Numbered from the stretch's first letter, positions 1 through 10,220 are shown. The stretch: DNA of 64,000 bases from Candidatus Latescibacterota bacterium (GCA_963667175.2 CAXXXF010000006.1:608001-672000); one strand, 5' to 3'. Made by a program: numbers and translations. Notes: generated from the letters alone by a model not told the origin.

Positions 1-2
1 TG

Positions 3-752
3 GACTTCGACCTGCCCAACCAGGGGCATGGGGGAAAGACGATGCTCCGAGTGGACCGGAGCATGTCGCCCCTTGACCCGGGAGCATGGACGCTCTCCAA
101 CATCGTGCGGCAGCCGGAGATCCCGGCCGCGATGACCCGCAATCTCTTTCCCGACGGCAATCGCCCCCAGCTTGCCGGCGGCTGGAGAGACCCTCTGGTC
201 TGGCTGGAACCGAATACCGTTGAGGTCAGCGGCCGCATCCGCGCCTTCTGCCGCTGCGTTTTCGACGAATACGCGGCCGCCCACGTCGCCGCGGTATTCG
301 ACTACGATCCGGAGGCGCATCAACTGAGTTTCACGCAGTTCGCGGCCTGGCCGGGCGCGCAGTGCAAGTTCTACGTCATCCACGATCACACGGAATCCAT
401 GTACTGGATGCTGAGCAACCTCATCACCAACTCCCAGGACCTTCTGGGTTGGGGCGAACGGATGCGCGAGTCCGGATATCACGGAGGACCGGGCAACGAA
501 CGGCGCTGGCTCTACCTGCACTACAGTATCGACTGCCTGAACTGGTTCCCCGCGGGCTGCGTGGCGCGTTGGCCGGACAACGTCTACCGGAGCTTCATGT
601 ATCCCAGCGCGGTCGTGGACGGAGACGATTTCGTTGTGCTATCGCGCACCAGTCGGGATTCGGGCGACCAGCACGACGCCGACCTCTGCACCATCCATCG
701 CATTCAAAACTACCGCAGCCTGGCCATGGACCTCCACGCGGGCGGACTTTAA
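3..752 (+). CDS. 5'-partial hypothetical protein, possible beta-propeller/BNR (sialidase-like) fold
   Basis: Frame is open from base 3 to the stop at 752; Asp-box-like 'YSIDCLNW' near the C-terminus. Confidence 0.6.
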   Translation, partial: DFDLPNQGHGGKTMLRVDRSMSPLDPGAWTLSNIVRQPEIPAAMTRNLFPDGNRPQLAGGWRDPLVWLEPNTVEVSGRIRAFCRCVFDEYAAAHVAAVFDYDPEAHQLSFTQFAAWPGAQCKFYVIHDHTESMYWMLSNLITNSQDLLGWGERMRESGYHGGPGNERRWLYLHYSIDCLNWFPAGCVARWPDNVYRSFMYPSAVVDGDDFVVLSRTSRDSGDQHDADLCTIHRIQNYRSLAMDLHAGGL

Positions 753-762
753 CCGAACGGGT

Positions 763-1494
763 TCAGGTGTTCGCGAGGATCTCGAGATACGCCTTCACCG
801 TGTTCGCCAGCCCCATCTCCAGCGCCTCGCCGATCAGCGCGTGGCCGATGGAGACCTCCAGCACACCCGGGATTGAACAGAACCTGCCCAGGTTCTCCAG
901 GTTCAGATCGTGCCCGGCGTTGACGCCAAGCCCCGCCTCCTGAGCGACGGCCGCCGCCTTTGCATAGCCCTCGAAAACCCCGTCCAGATTCTCGTTCTCC
1001 CGGAATGCCGTCGCATAGGGCTCCGTGTACAGCTCGATCCGGTCGGCGCCGACCATCGCGGCCCTCGGGATCTCATCCGAGCCGTAATCCATAAACAGGC
1101 TCACCCGGCTGCCCAGCGCCTTCAATTCCTGAATGACGGGCTTCAGACGGTCGCCGTCCTTCGACAGATTCCAGCCGTGGTCCGACGTGAACGCGTCCGG
1201 CGAATCCGGCACCAGCGTACATTGGGTGGGTCGGACCGCACGCACGACGTCGAGATACCCCGCCTCGAAGGGATTCCCCTCGATATTGAACTCCACGTCC
1301 GTGACGAGCGCGTTCAGCTCGTACACGTCCGAGGGCCGGATATGCCTCTCATCGGGCCGGGGATGGACCGTGATCCCGTACGCCCCGGCATCGATACAGA
1401 TCCGTGCGGCCCGGGTCACGCTCGGGATGCCGATGGTCCGCGTGTTCCGGAGCAGCGCCACCTTGTTCACGTTCACGCTGAGTCGGGTCATCAC
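763..1494 (-). CDS. pdxJ: pyridoxine 5'-phosphate synthase
   Basis: [37 protein letters not shown] and VSIGHALI motifs. Confidence 0.97.
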   Translation of the reverse strand: MMTRLSVNVNKVALLRNTRTIGIPSVTRAARICIDAGAYGITVHPRPDERHIRPSDVYELNALVTDVEFNIEGNPFEAGYLDVVRAVRPTQCTLVPDSPDAFTSDHGWNLSKDGDRLKPVIQELKALGSRVSLFMDYGSDEIPRAAMVGADRIELYTEPYATAFRENENLDGVFEGYAKAAAVAQEAGLGVNAGHDLNLENLGRFCSIPGVLEVSIGHALIGEALEMGLANTVKAYLEILANT

Positions 1495-1780
1495 AATCGC
1501 CTTTCATTGATGCCGGTGAGACGTCAGGTCCGGCAGACAACACAGGGGCTCCAACTCATCGAAATATAGCGTCTGCGAATACTCGTCACAAGAGGCAATC
1601 TTCGGCTCCTATCGGATACGGACAAACCGGCGGAGCCAGAAGATTCGCCGGACGGAGCCAGGTTCTCCGGTGGGCAATTTCCTTGCGGGATGCAAATCCG
1701 CCGCGTTATATTTGGTCTGAAGCTCCAGGTATGGCGAATCAAAGGCAGCACGTCCCTTTTGGATTACCCTGTCCACGGCT

Positions 1781-2359
1781 ATGTCGAATCCGCAGCTTGT
1801 CGTTATCGGAGGACCCAATGGCGCCGGCAAAAGCACGGCCGCGCCGCACCTGTTGCGAGACACTCTGGACGTGGCCGAATTTGTAAACGCCGACGCCATT
1901 GCGTCAGGGCTTTCAGAATTTCACCCGGAGTCGGCCGCTCTTCAGGCGGGCAGGGTCATGTTGCGCCGCCTACGCCAGCTGGCATCGGACCGAACGGACT
2001 TTGCTTTTGAGTCGACGCTCGCGAGCCGCAGCCTGGCCCTCTGGATCCGCCACCTGAAATTCGACGGATACGTCTTCCGCCTGGCTTTTTTGTGGCTGCC
2101 CGGTCCGGAAGTGGCCTTTGCACGCGTGGCAGCGCGGGTTCGCGCAGGAGGACACAACGTTCCGGAATCGACAATCCGGCGACGGTACTACTCCGGGCTT
2201 GGTAACTTTTTCAAACTGTATCGTCCCATTGCGGATGATTGGCGTTTCTACGATAATACCGAAATCTCGGGACCCCGTTTGATCGCATTGGGAAGAAGCA
2301 CTGCAGCTATCGAAGTTCGCAACGTCAATCTATGGACGCACATTGAGGAAGGCATATAG
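1781..2359 (+). CDS. zeta toxin-like / predicted ABC-type ATPase (COG4185-like)
   Basis: GGPNGAGKST Walker A, FVNADAIA, FAFESTL and GGHNVPE..IRRRY motifs. Confidence 0.9.
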   Translation: MSNPQLVVIGGPNGAGKSTAAPHLLRDTLDVAEFVNADAIASGLSEFHPESAALQAGRVMLRRLRQLASDRTDFAFESTLASRSLALWIRHLKFDGYVFRLAFLWLPGPEVAFARVAARVRAGGHNVPESTIRRRYYSGLGNFFKLYRPIADDWRFYDNTEISGPRLIALGRSTAAIEVRNVNLWTHIEEGI

Positions 2360-2573
2360 GGCCGTGCGAAGGTCATCCGGAAAAGACATCGACGAAATCT
2401 TCAGAGAAGGCACACCGATAGACAAAGCCTTGAAGGATGCCGTTCGAGAAGCGATCATACATCATAAGCGCAACGGGAATTCGGTCGTAACCTGGCGAGA
2501 CGGAAAAGTCGTGTGGATCCCTGCCGATCAGATCGAAGTGGACGTGGATGCCGGCGAGGAATCCGTCGGATGA
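2343..2573 (+). CDS. small partner protein of the zeta-like ATPase (putative antitoxin)
   Basis: 76 aa overlapping the ATPase stop; 'AVREAI..HKR.G..VV.WRDGKVVWIP' pattern. Confidence 0.7.
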   Translation: MRKAYRAVRRSSGKDIDEIFREGTPIDKALKDAVREAIIHHKRNGNSVVTWRDGKVVWIPADQIEVDVDAGEESVG

Positions 2574-4011
2574 ATCCAGCCAACCTCCTCTTCATCCTCT
2601 CCGACCAGCACGCGCGGGACATCACGGGCTGCTACGGCCACCCCGTGGTCCGGACGCCGAACATCGACAGCCTCGCCCAACGCGGGACCCGCTTCACCAG
2701 CGCCTATACGAACTGTCCCATCTGCGTGCCGGCCCGCGCCTCCCTGGCCACCGGGCGATACGTCCATCAGACTGGAAACTGGGACAACGCCTTCGCGTAC
2801 GACGGCAGCGTACCGAGTTGGGGGCGCCGTCTCAGGGAGCAGGGATTCCAGGTCGACTCCATCGGGAAACTGCACTTTCGCGCGGCGGATGACGACAATG
2901 GTTTTTCACGGGAAATCGATCCGCTGCACGTGGTGGACGGCGTGGGCGACGTCCTGAGCTGCATTCGGGAACAGCCGCCTTTCCGCAACAAACGTGGCGC
3001 TATCCTCAACGCCGGTCCCGGAGACTCGACCTATCTGCAGTACGACGTTTCGAACGCCGACCGCGCGTGCGCCTGGCTGGCAGAGCATCGCGACGACGAC
3101 AGGCCCTGGGTCCTGTTCCTCTCGTTTGTCTGTCCCCACCCGCCCTACGTCGCGCCGCCGGATCTCTTCGAGTCCTATTCGCCCGATCGGCTTCCCCTGC
3201 CCCCCAGTGGCATCCCGACGACTGGCCCGCCCACCCGGCCATCCGGCGCTTCAGACGGTTCTTCCACTACGACCGGCCTTTTTCCGAATCCGTATTGCGC
3301 AATCTCACCGCTGCCTATTACGGCGCCTGTACTCACCTGGACCGCCAGATCGGTCGCGTATTGAACACGCTCGACGAACAGGACCTTGCCGACACCACGC
3401 GTGTCCTTTACACCTCGGACCACGGGGAATCCCTGGGCGCGCGAGGCCTGTTCGGCAAGTTCACGATGTACGAAGAAGCCGCATCAATCCCGCTCATCCT
3501 CGCCGGCCCGGACGTCCCGCGGGGCCGCGTCGTGGACACGCCGGTATCCCTGGTGGATTGCTTCCCCACCGTTCTGGAATGCGCCGGCGCCGCGCCCGGT
3601 CCACAGCGTCTTCCCGGACGGTCGCTGTGGCAGATCGCACAAAGCGACGACGCGGACCGGACCGTTTTCAGCGAGTACCACGCCGTTGGCTCGCGCAACG
3701 CCATTTATATGCTTCGCGACCGGACCTGGAAATACGTACACTACGTGGAAGATCCGCCGCAACTCTTCAACCTCGAAGAGGACCCGATGGAAACGACGGA
3801 CCTCTCGGGATCTACGGAGCATCAATCCACACTGGTGTCGTTCGAGCGGCGGCTGCGCGAACTTCTGAATCCCGAAACCACGGATGCGCGCGCCAAGGCG
3901 GACCAGCTGGCGAAAATCGCGTCTTTCGGCGGCGCAGAAGCCGTTCGAAGCCGGGGCGCATTCGACAACTCGCCGGTGCCTGGCGAAGCGCCGGCTTTCC
4001 GGGTCCACTGA
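2570..4011 (+). pseudogene. choline-sulfatase-like sulfatase with a single-base frameshift (or sequencing error)
   Basis: SDQH and CVPARASLATG motifs in ORF 2513..3364; C-terminal half (YTSDHGE..G..GK) in ORF 3067..4011; frames switch at the C6 run 3200-3205. Confidence 0.85.
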
Positions 4012-4078
4012 ACGGCGGGCGCGATACGAGCGGCAACCCATCTCTTCAACTTTCAGTTTTCCGAGGGGAGTCCCTACC

Positions 4079-4831
4079 GTGACCGACGAAGAAAAATTCT
4101 GCTTCGATCTCGAGGGCTATCTGGTGGTCCGGAACGTCCTTGACGACGGCGACCTGACACGGCTCAACGCTCGTGCGGAACGGGCCGTGCCGGATTGGGG
4201 CGACTCCGGCATCAGCACCGCCGGTCGGGTTTCTCAATGGGGTCCGGCTTTTCAGGCGCTGATGGACCACGATACGATCGTGCCTTATCTGGTCGAATTG
4301 CTGAGCCCTAAATTCCGCATCGACCACGATTACTGCATCTTCATGAAAAGAGGAGCGACGCGCGGCGGCCTGCACGGCGGCGAGACGGACACCGAGGCGG
4401 ACCACTGGTACACATATCGGGACGGCGTGATGCGCAACGGACTGACCGTGGTCACCTACTTTCTTTCACCTGCAAGGGCCGGTGACGGCGGATTCGCCTG
4501 CATCCCCGGAAGCCATAAATCCAACTTCGTTAACCGGCTGCCCCGGGACGTGCGGCGCTTCGAACGCGACGCCCATTACGTGGTACAGCCCGAAGTGGAC
4601 GCCGGTGACGCCCTCATTTTTACAGAGGCGCTCATCCACGGCACGAAGCCCTGGACGGCCGACCACGATCGGCGCGCCCTGCTCTACAAGTACAGTCCCG
4701 GGCACTCGGCCTGGTCACAGGGATATTACAACCCCGAGGAGTACGCGGACCTGACGGAGCAACAGCGACGCCTGATGGCGCCACCCTCCGTTGGACGACG
4801 CCCGGATACGGTTGGATTGGCGAACGATTAG
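4079..4831 (+). CDS. phytanoyl-CoA dioxygenase (PhyH) family protein
   Basis: FDLEGYLVVRNVL, LHGG, GGFACIPGSHK and AGDALIFTEALIHG motifs; GTG start after GGGGAG. Confidence 0.9.
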   Translation: MTDEEKFCFDLEGYLVVRNVLDDGDLTRLNARAERAVPDWGDSGISTAGRVSQWGPAFQALMDHDTIVPYLVELLSPKFRIDHDYCIFMKRGATRGGLHGGETDTEADHWYTYRDGVMRNGLTVVTYFLSPARAGDGGFACIPGSHKSNFVNRLPRDVRRFERDAHYVVQPEVDAGDALIFTEALIHGTKPWTADHDRRALLYKYSPGHSAWSQGYYNPEEYADLTEQQRRLMAPPSVGRRPDTVGLAND

Positions 4832-4965
4832 CCCCGGTCGCGCCCGTTTCCACCGTCTGTTTCCGGCAGGGAACGGGCGTTAGTATCCGGGAGACACCAC
4901 GTTTCGCGCAACGACCCCGGACCGGCCATTCTTCAGGATTAGTGGAATCGATAGGAGACCCTGCA

Positions 4966-6426
4966 ATGCCCGCGCTCGATCCCTGTCCGCTATTCATCAA
5001 CGGGGAATGGGTCGCGCCCTCCGGGACGGCAACCGAACCGGTCTTCAATCCCTCGGAAGGCACGATCATTTCCGCAACGCCCATGTGCGGCGCCGATGAA
5101 GTAGACCGCGCCGTCAGCGCCGCGAGTGCCGCGTTTCCGGCCTGGGCCGAAACCCCCGCCGTCGATCGCGCCCGCCTCATGTTTCGCTTCAAGGAACTCC
5201 TGGAAAAACACTTCGAGGAACTTTCACGGATCGTCACCCGCGAACACGGCAAGACCCTCGACGAGTCCCGGGGGTCCGTCCGGCGCGGGATCGAAGTCGT
5301 GGAATTCGCCTGCGGGGCGCCCTCCCTGTTGATGGGCGAGGCCCTGGAAAACATCGCGCCCGATATCGACTGCGACACGATCCGGCAGCCGCTCGGCGTA
5401 TGCGCGGGCATCACCCCGTTCAACTTCCCGATTATGGTGCCGCTGTGGACCCTGCCCGTCGCGCTCGCGTGCGGAAATACGTTCGTACTCAAACCCTCCG
5501 AGAAGGTGCCGCTCAGCGCGATTCGAATGGTGGAACTCCTCGAAGAGGCGGGTCTTCCCCAGGGCGTTCTCAACCTGGTCCATGGCGGCCGTGACGCCGC
5601 GGATGCCCTGCTGCATCACCCGGACGTGCGCACCGTGTCCTTTGTCGGTTCCACGCCCGTGGCCCGATACATTTACGAGACGGCCACGCGAAACGGCAAG
5701 CGGGTGCAGTCCGCGGGAGGCGCAAAGAACTATATGGTCGTCCTTCCCGACGCCGAACCGGATGCCACGATAGACGCGGTGATGGGATCCGCGTACGGGT
5801 GCGCCGGCGAGAGGTGCATGGCGGGCAGCGTGCTCGTATGCGCGCACGATGCGGCAGAGCGGTTTCTGCCCAGGCTGAACGACGCGGCGCGCAATTTGCG
5901 CGTGGGCCCTACCGACAGGGACGCCGACGCGGAGATGGGGCCGCTGGTTACCGCCCAACACCTCGAAAGCGTACGAGGCGCCATCCGGACCGGCGTTTCC
6001 GAGGGCGCCGATCTGATCGTAGACGGGCGCGACGTGGTCGTGGACGAGTGTCCCGGCGGTTTCTATCTGGGGCCGACCGTCTTCGACCACGTACAGCCCG
6101 GGATGCGGATTGCCCGGGAGGAAATCTTCGGCCCGGTGCTGTCGGTGATGCGCACGGACGACCTGGATGCCGCCGTCGAGACCTGCAATAACAGCGGTTA
6201 CGGCAATGCCGCCGTGCTCTTTACCGGGAGCGGAGGCGCCGCGCGAACGTTCCGTCACCGCGTCAACGCCGGCATGGTGGGCATCAATACCGGCGTTCCG
6301 GCGCCGATGGCCTTCTTTCCCTTCTCCGGCTGGAACAACTCCTTCTTCGGCGATTTGCACGTCCAGGGTCACGAAGGCGTCTCCTTCTTTACCCGTCAGA
6401 AAGTCACCATCAGCCGCTGGGGATGA
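4966..6426 (+). CDS. mmsA: CoA-acylating methylmalonate-semialdehyde dehydrogenase
   Basis: ITPFNFP, LKPSE, FVGSTPVA, GAKN, AGERCMA and EEIFGPV motifs; AGGAG RBS. Confidence 0.92.
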   Translation: MPALDPCPLFINGEWVAPSGTATEPVFNPSEGTIISATPMCGADEVDRAVSAASAAFPAWAETPAVDRARLMFRFKELLEKHFEELSRIVTREHGKTLDESRGSVRRGIEVVEFACGAPSLLMGEALENIAPDIDCDTIRQPLGVCAGITPFNFPIMVPLWTLPVALACGNTFVLKPSEKVPLSAIRMVELLEEAGLPQGVLNLVHGGRDAADALLHHPDVRTVSFVGSTPVARYIYETATRNGKRVQSAGGAKNYMVVLPDAEPDATIDAVMGSAYGCAGERCMAGSVLVCAHDAAERFLPRLNDAARNLRVGPTDRDADAEMGPLVTAQHLESVRGAIRTGVSEGADLIVDGRDVVVDECPGGFYLGPTVFDHVQPGMRIAREEIFGPVLSVMRTDDLDAAVETCNNSGYGNAAVLFTGSGGAARTFRHRVNAGMVGINTGVPAPMAFFPFSGWNNSFFGDLHVQGHEGVSFFTRQKVTISRWG

Positions 6427-6429
6427 ATC

Positions 6430-6576
6430 TTGAACAAACGCCTTCGGAAAATCATCCGCGACGTCCTCTCTCTGCCCACGGCGCCTTTTTACGAAGACGC
6501 TGTTGCGGCATATATCCGGACCTTCGCCACGCGCTGGCCATCGATTCGCCCTTCGGAGAAACAAGAAACCCTATGA
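6430..6576 (+). pseudogene. N-terminal fragment resembling an M20/M42 metallopeptidase
   Basis: TTG-start reading MNKRLRKIIRDVLSLPTAPFYEDAVAAYIR followed by an early stop; not in the ORF track. Confidence 0.45.
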
Positions 6577-6675
6577 AGAAACGCTTTTCCGCCTCTTTCG
6601 AATCCAGGGAGAAACGCCTGCTCGCATAGCTGAAGTCTCTACCCGCAGACAGCCTGACCGCGGTCCTTAGAATCC

Positions 6676-7941
6676 ATGCAATCCTACCTGCACACCCTGC
6701 GCCTGTTCAACCGCGACGTCCGGCTGCATCTCGCCGCAACGATCCTCTTCGGCTTCAGCCTCTTCGGGGGCATTACCTCCCTTCTGCTCAACCTGTACCT
6801 GCTTCGTCTGGGATACGGACCCACCTTTGTCGGGTGGGTAAACGCCACGGGCGCGTTCTCCTTCGCAGTCTGCAGCCTGCCGGCCGGATTCATGGGGGCC
6901 CGCTGGGACCCGCGTGTTGTCATGATCGCGGGAATCGGCATCGCCATTGTCGGCAATGGCCTTCTTTCTCAGGCCGAACTCGTCTCTCCCGGGGCCAGGG
7001 ACGTATTCATTCTGGCCACCAACGCGCTGGGATTGCTGGGTGTGGCCCTCTACATCGTCAACGGCGCCCCGTACCTGATGGGCGTTAGCGGAGCGCGGGA
7101 ACGAAACCACGTTTTCTCCATGCAGGGCGCCCTCTTTCCGCTGGCCGGTTTTTTCGGAAGCTTCGTCGGGGGCATCCTCCCCGGCCGGATCGCCTGGTTG
7201 CTGAACCTCGCACCCTACAACCCGGCGCCTTTCCGTTACACACTTCTCGTCGCTTCGGCCCTGCTCATTCCGGCTCTGTTCCTCCTCGTCGCCATGCAGA
7301 AACCTCAGATCCGGCAGCCGCGTGAAAGCGCGGATGCATCCGATGCGCCGTTTCCGCTTGGGCTCATCGCTCTGATCGCCCTCAGTTCCCTTCTGCACGT
7401 CGCCGGAGAGGGCGCCGTACGTACCTTCTTCAACGTCTACCTGGACGCCGGGCTGCGCGTACCCACCTCCCTGATCGGCACGATCATGGCCACCGGGCAA
7501 CTACTCGCCGTGCCGGCCGCACTGATGCTGCCGTTCTTCACAAGACGCTTCGGCAATCAGCCGACAGTTGTACTGGCCGCCCTCTGCACCCCCATGATGC
7601 TGATTCCAATGGCCTTAATCCCGCACTGGGTTCCGGCAGGATTCTGCTTCATGAACATTGTGGCTCTGGCCGCCATCCGCCGCCCGGCGTTCGTCGTTTA
7701 CAACCAGGAGATCGTGTCCCCGCGCTGGCGCGCAACCATGTCCGGCGCCTCCTCGATGATGGCGGGCATCGGCTATTCCGTGGTCGCGATGGGCGGCGGC
7801 TACATCATTTCCACCGCCGGGTATCGCGCGCTCTTCCTGACCAGCGCGGCATTTACCGCGCTCGGCACGCTTGTCTTCTGGGTTTATTTCCGTACCCCCC
7901 GGGGCGAATTTGCCCGGCAGCCATCAAAGAATCCATCCTGA
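6676..7941 (+). CDS. MFS transporter
   Basis: 421 aa with about 12 hydrophobic segments in a two-half architecture. Confidence 0.9.
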   Translation: MQSYLHTLRLFNRDVRLHLAATILFGFSLFGGITSLLLNLYLLRLGYGPTFVGWVNATGAFSFAVCSLPAGFMGARWDPRVVMIAGIGIAIVGNGLLSQAELVSPGARDVFILATNALGLLGVALYIVNGAPYLMGVSGARERNHVFSMQGALFPLAGFFGSFVGGILPGRIAWLLNLAPYNPAPFRYTLLVASALLIPALFLLVAMQKPQIRQPRESADASDAPFPLGLIALIALSSLLHVAGEGAVRTFFNVYLDAGLRVPTSLIGTIMATGQLLAVPAALMLPFFTRRFGNQPTVVLAALCTPMMLIPMALIPHWVPAGFCFMNIVALAAIRRPAFVVYNQEIVSPRWRATMSGASSMMAGIGYSVVAMGGGYIISTAGYRALFLTSAAFTALGTLVFWVYFRTPRGEFARQPSKNPS

Positions 7942-7953
7942 AGGAGACCCTTC

Positions 7954-8847
7954 ATGCAATTTCGAACCCTCGGTAAGACCGGGCTGCGCATTTCCGAAAT
8001 CGGATACGGCGCGGCGCAGATCGGCAACGTCAGCCTGCCCGAAGACCGCGTTGAGAAGGTTCTCAACGCCGTTCTGGACGCCGGTATCAACTTCATCGAC
8101 ACGGCCGCCATGTACGGCGTGAGCGAGGAACGGATCGGGAGGACGATCTCCCACAGACGGGACGAGTACATCGTAGCCACGAAATGCGGCGATTACGTGG
8201 GGGAAACCGACGGTCAATATCACATCGTGAGGGACTACAGCCGGGAGGGCATCCTGCGCACGATCGACGAGAGTCGAAAGAAGCTGAACATGGACGTGAT
8301 CGATATCGTCCAGTTTCACGGGTTGCCGGACCCGGACGACGACGATGAGGCGGCTTTCGAGGCCCTTCTGGACGCCAGGGAAAGAGGTTGGACGCGCTTT
8401 GTGGGCGTGTCGGCAGACGGACCGTCGGCCGCGGCGGCGGCGCGGCGCTGGCCTCTGGATACGCAGGAATTCACCTACAACGTCCTCTACCAGGAATCCG
8501 CACGGGATCTCATGCCGACGTTGAAGGCGCAACGGATGGGCGCCATCATCAAGCGGCCCATATCCAATGCCGTGTGGCAGCTGAGCGAACGTCCCCAGGG
8601 CGACTATATGGGCGGACCCTGGGACCGGGCGCAATCCATACCCCTGGCCGACCTGGCAGGCGAGATGCCCATCCTCGAATTCGTCCTGCGTTTCACGCTT
8701 TCGCATCCGGACGTCTGCACCGCCATCATCGGCTCCACCAATCCCGACCATATCCGCGCCAACGTCGACGTCTCCGACGGACGCCGACTGCCCGACGCCG
8801 TCGTGCGGGAAGCCAGGGCGGCGTTTCAACGACAATTCGGCGCGTAA
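7954..8847 (+). CDS. aldo/keto reductase
   Basis: LGKTGLRISEIGYG, GINFIDTAAMYG, IVATKCG and IDIVQFH motifs. Confidence 0.93.
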   Translation: MQFRTLGKTGLRISEIGYGAAQIGNVSLPEDRVEKVLNAVLDAGINFIDTAAMYGVSEERIGRTISHRRDEYIVATKCGDYVGETDGQYHIVRDYSREGILRTIDESRKKLNMDVIDIVQFHGLPDPDDDDEAAFEALLDARERGWTRFVGVSADGPSAAAAARRWPLDTQEFTYNVLYQESARDLMPTLKAQRMGAIIKRPISNAVWQLSERPQGDYMGGPWDRAQSIPLADLAGEMPILEFVLRFTLSHPDVCTAIIGSTNPDHIRANVDVSDGRRLPDAVVREARAAFQRQFGA

Positions 8848-8866
8848 CGGGACGAGACCTGCCCCT

Positions 8867-9012
8867 GAAGGCGGTGAGACGGGAGAGGGTAGACGGTAGA
8901 TGAAGGCATTTTCAGCAGTGTTTCCGCATAGACCATGCCTGCTAATTTACCGTTATCGTAACCACCAAAAGAACCATAGGGCACTCATATCCTCTCCCGT
9001 CTCACCGCCTTC
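8867..9012. repeat. MITE-like unit with a perfect 22-bp terminal inverted repeat
   Basis: GAAGGCGGTGAGACGGGAGAGG (8867-8888) and CCTCTCCCGTCTCACCGCCTTC (8991-9012). Confidence 0.7.
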
Positions 9013-9014
9013 TC

Positions 9015-9192
9015 CTGACCACTGACCACTGATCACTGGCCACTGCTTTTCCGGCCTCCCAGACCTCCCCTCTTCCCCCCTTCCCGGGGGAAGGAGGGAA
9101 CTGTCAACGCTTGATATACGCCCGGTTCTGCTCCCCCTCTCCCCCTGGGAGAGGGGGTTGGGGGGTGAGGGTCTCCCCCGTGGGAGAGGGGG
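9015..9192. repeat. cluster of short tandem (CTGACCA-like) and REP-like G/C palindromes
   Basis: ctgaccactgaccactgatcactggccactg and ctccccctctccccctgggagagggggttggggggtgaggg. Confidence 0.6.
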
Positions 9193-9524
9193 CCTGTCTG
9201 CGCAAGTTATCTGAATATGAGACAATACGCAATTTAAATTTCGCAATATAAAACACGATGCCGCAGGCTTCCGTCGCCACGTCGAGAATGACGTCAGAAA
9301 CTGCAAAACATGCGAAAAAACGAAAAATCCGTGGCTGAAATCAGTTGCCACAATAGGCCTGCATGCAGGGCCCGTCTGCCGTTCCGACGGGACAAACAGG
9401 AACAGACAAGCGCCCTTGCCTTGCTGACTTTTCCTCATGGGGGTCGTGACCCGTGACCTCTTCGACGGGCGGTCTCTCCGCGCCGAAATGATCACGTTTT
9501 CATTGACACGGGGTTATTTTTTCA

Positions 9525-9553
9525 TTGACAACTAAGCATTCGAAATGTATTAT
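9525..9553 (+). promoter_or_regulatory. sigma70 promoter P1 of the iron/heme cluster
   Basis: TTGACA(9525-9530)-17 bp-TATTAT(9548-9553). Confidence 0.8.
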
Positions 9554-9562
9554 AGGGCGGGC

Positions 9563-9581
9563 GATAATTATAGTAATAAAA
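9563..9581 (+). promoter_or_regulatory. Fur box-like operator
   Basis: GATAATTATAGTAATAAAA matches 13/19 of GATAATGATAATCATTATC and lies just downstream of P1. Confidence 0.6.
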
Positions 9582-9703
9582 CATTTATTATATATACGTA
9601 ATATTCGACTGGTTTGCGAATCGGCTCGTGCAGGTAGCGACCGCCGCGCAGCGCGCAGGAACAATCAGGGATCCGTAGCCTACGCACCAGGGAGGGTAAT
9701 CTC

Positions 9704-10099
9704 GTGGATAAATCCCACATTCTGGCACACAGTAACGAGAACGGGCAACCCACGTGCGTCTATCGCTGCGGTAAGGGCGGCGTCCACGTCTTTTACGGAT
9801 ACGTAAACATCGGCATGCCGCCGGAGCACTTTCGTCGGTTTACGGATGCGGTGATTGACGTACTGAATCGCATCACGGACGGCGATTGGGACGGCTACGT
9901 GACCCTCCACTATGGCACGACCTCGCTCATTCTGCCTCAGGAGGAGTTCATCCCGTTCGCCGTTACGATTCGCGTGGCCGCCGAAGCCCTCGAGGTCTCT
10001 GAGGCGGGCGACAAGACGAGGCGCCGCAGACCTGAGGCCCTTCCGGACCCCTTCTGCGACCACATCTTTCAGCCGTACGATGGAGACCGATTGAACTGA
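9704..10099 (+). CDS. small Cys/His-containing hypothetical protein (DUF6686-like)
   Basis: GGAGG RBS; CVYRCGKGGVHVFYG...F..F repeated internally as TLHYG...EEFIPF; first gene after the Fur-boxed promoter. Confidence 0.65.
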   Translation: MDKSHILAHSNENGQPTCVYRCGKGGVHVFYGYVNIGMPPEHFRRFTDAVIDVLNRITDGDWDGYVTLHYGTTSLILPQEEFIPFAVTIRVAAEALEVSEAGDKTRRRRPEALPDPFCDHIFQPYDGDRLN

Positions 10100-10191
10100 A
10101 ACGTCAGAAGTCAGTGGACAAACCCTCGGGCGAAGCCGGACCCGCACCGGAAAAATGTGACGCGCTTCGATGACGTTTGAGGAAATTCCGG

Positions 10192-10220
10192 TTGACACAT
10201 AAGTCATCGAAGTGTATTAT
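10192..10220 (+). promoter_or_regulatory. sigma70 promoter P2 upstream of hmuT
   Basis: TTGACA(10192-10197)-17 bp-TATTAT(10215-10220). Confidence 0.8.

Noticed and set aside
8953-9495. 180-aa ORF (and 60509-60937) as a real gene
   Set aside because: The translations run through repeat and palindrome tracts and look non-protein-like
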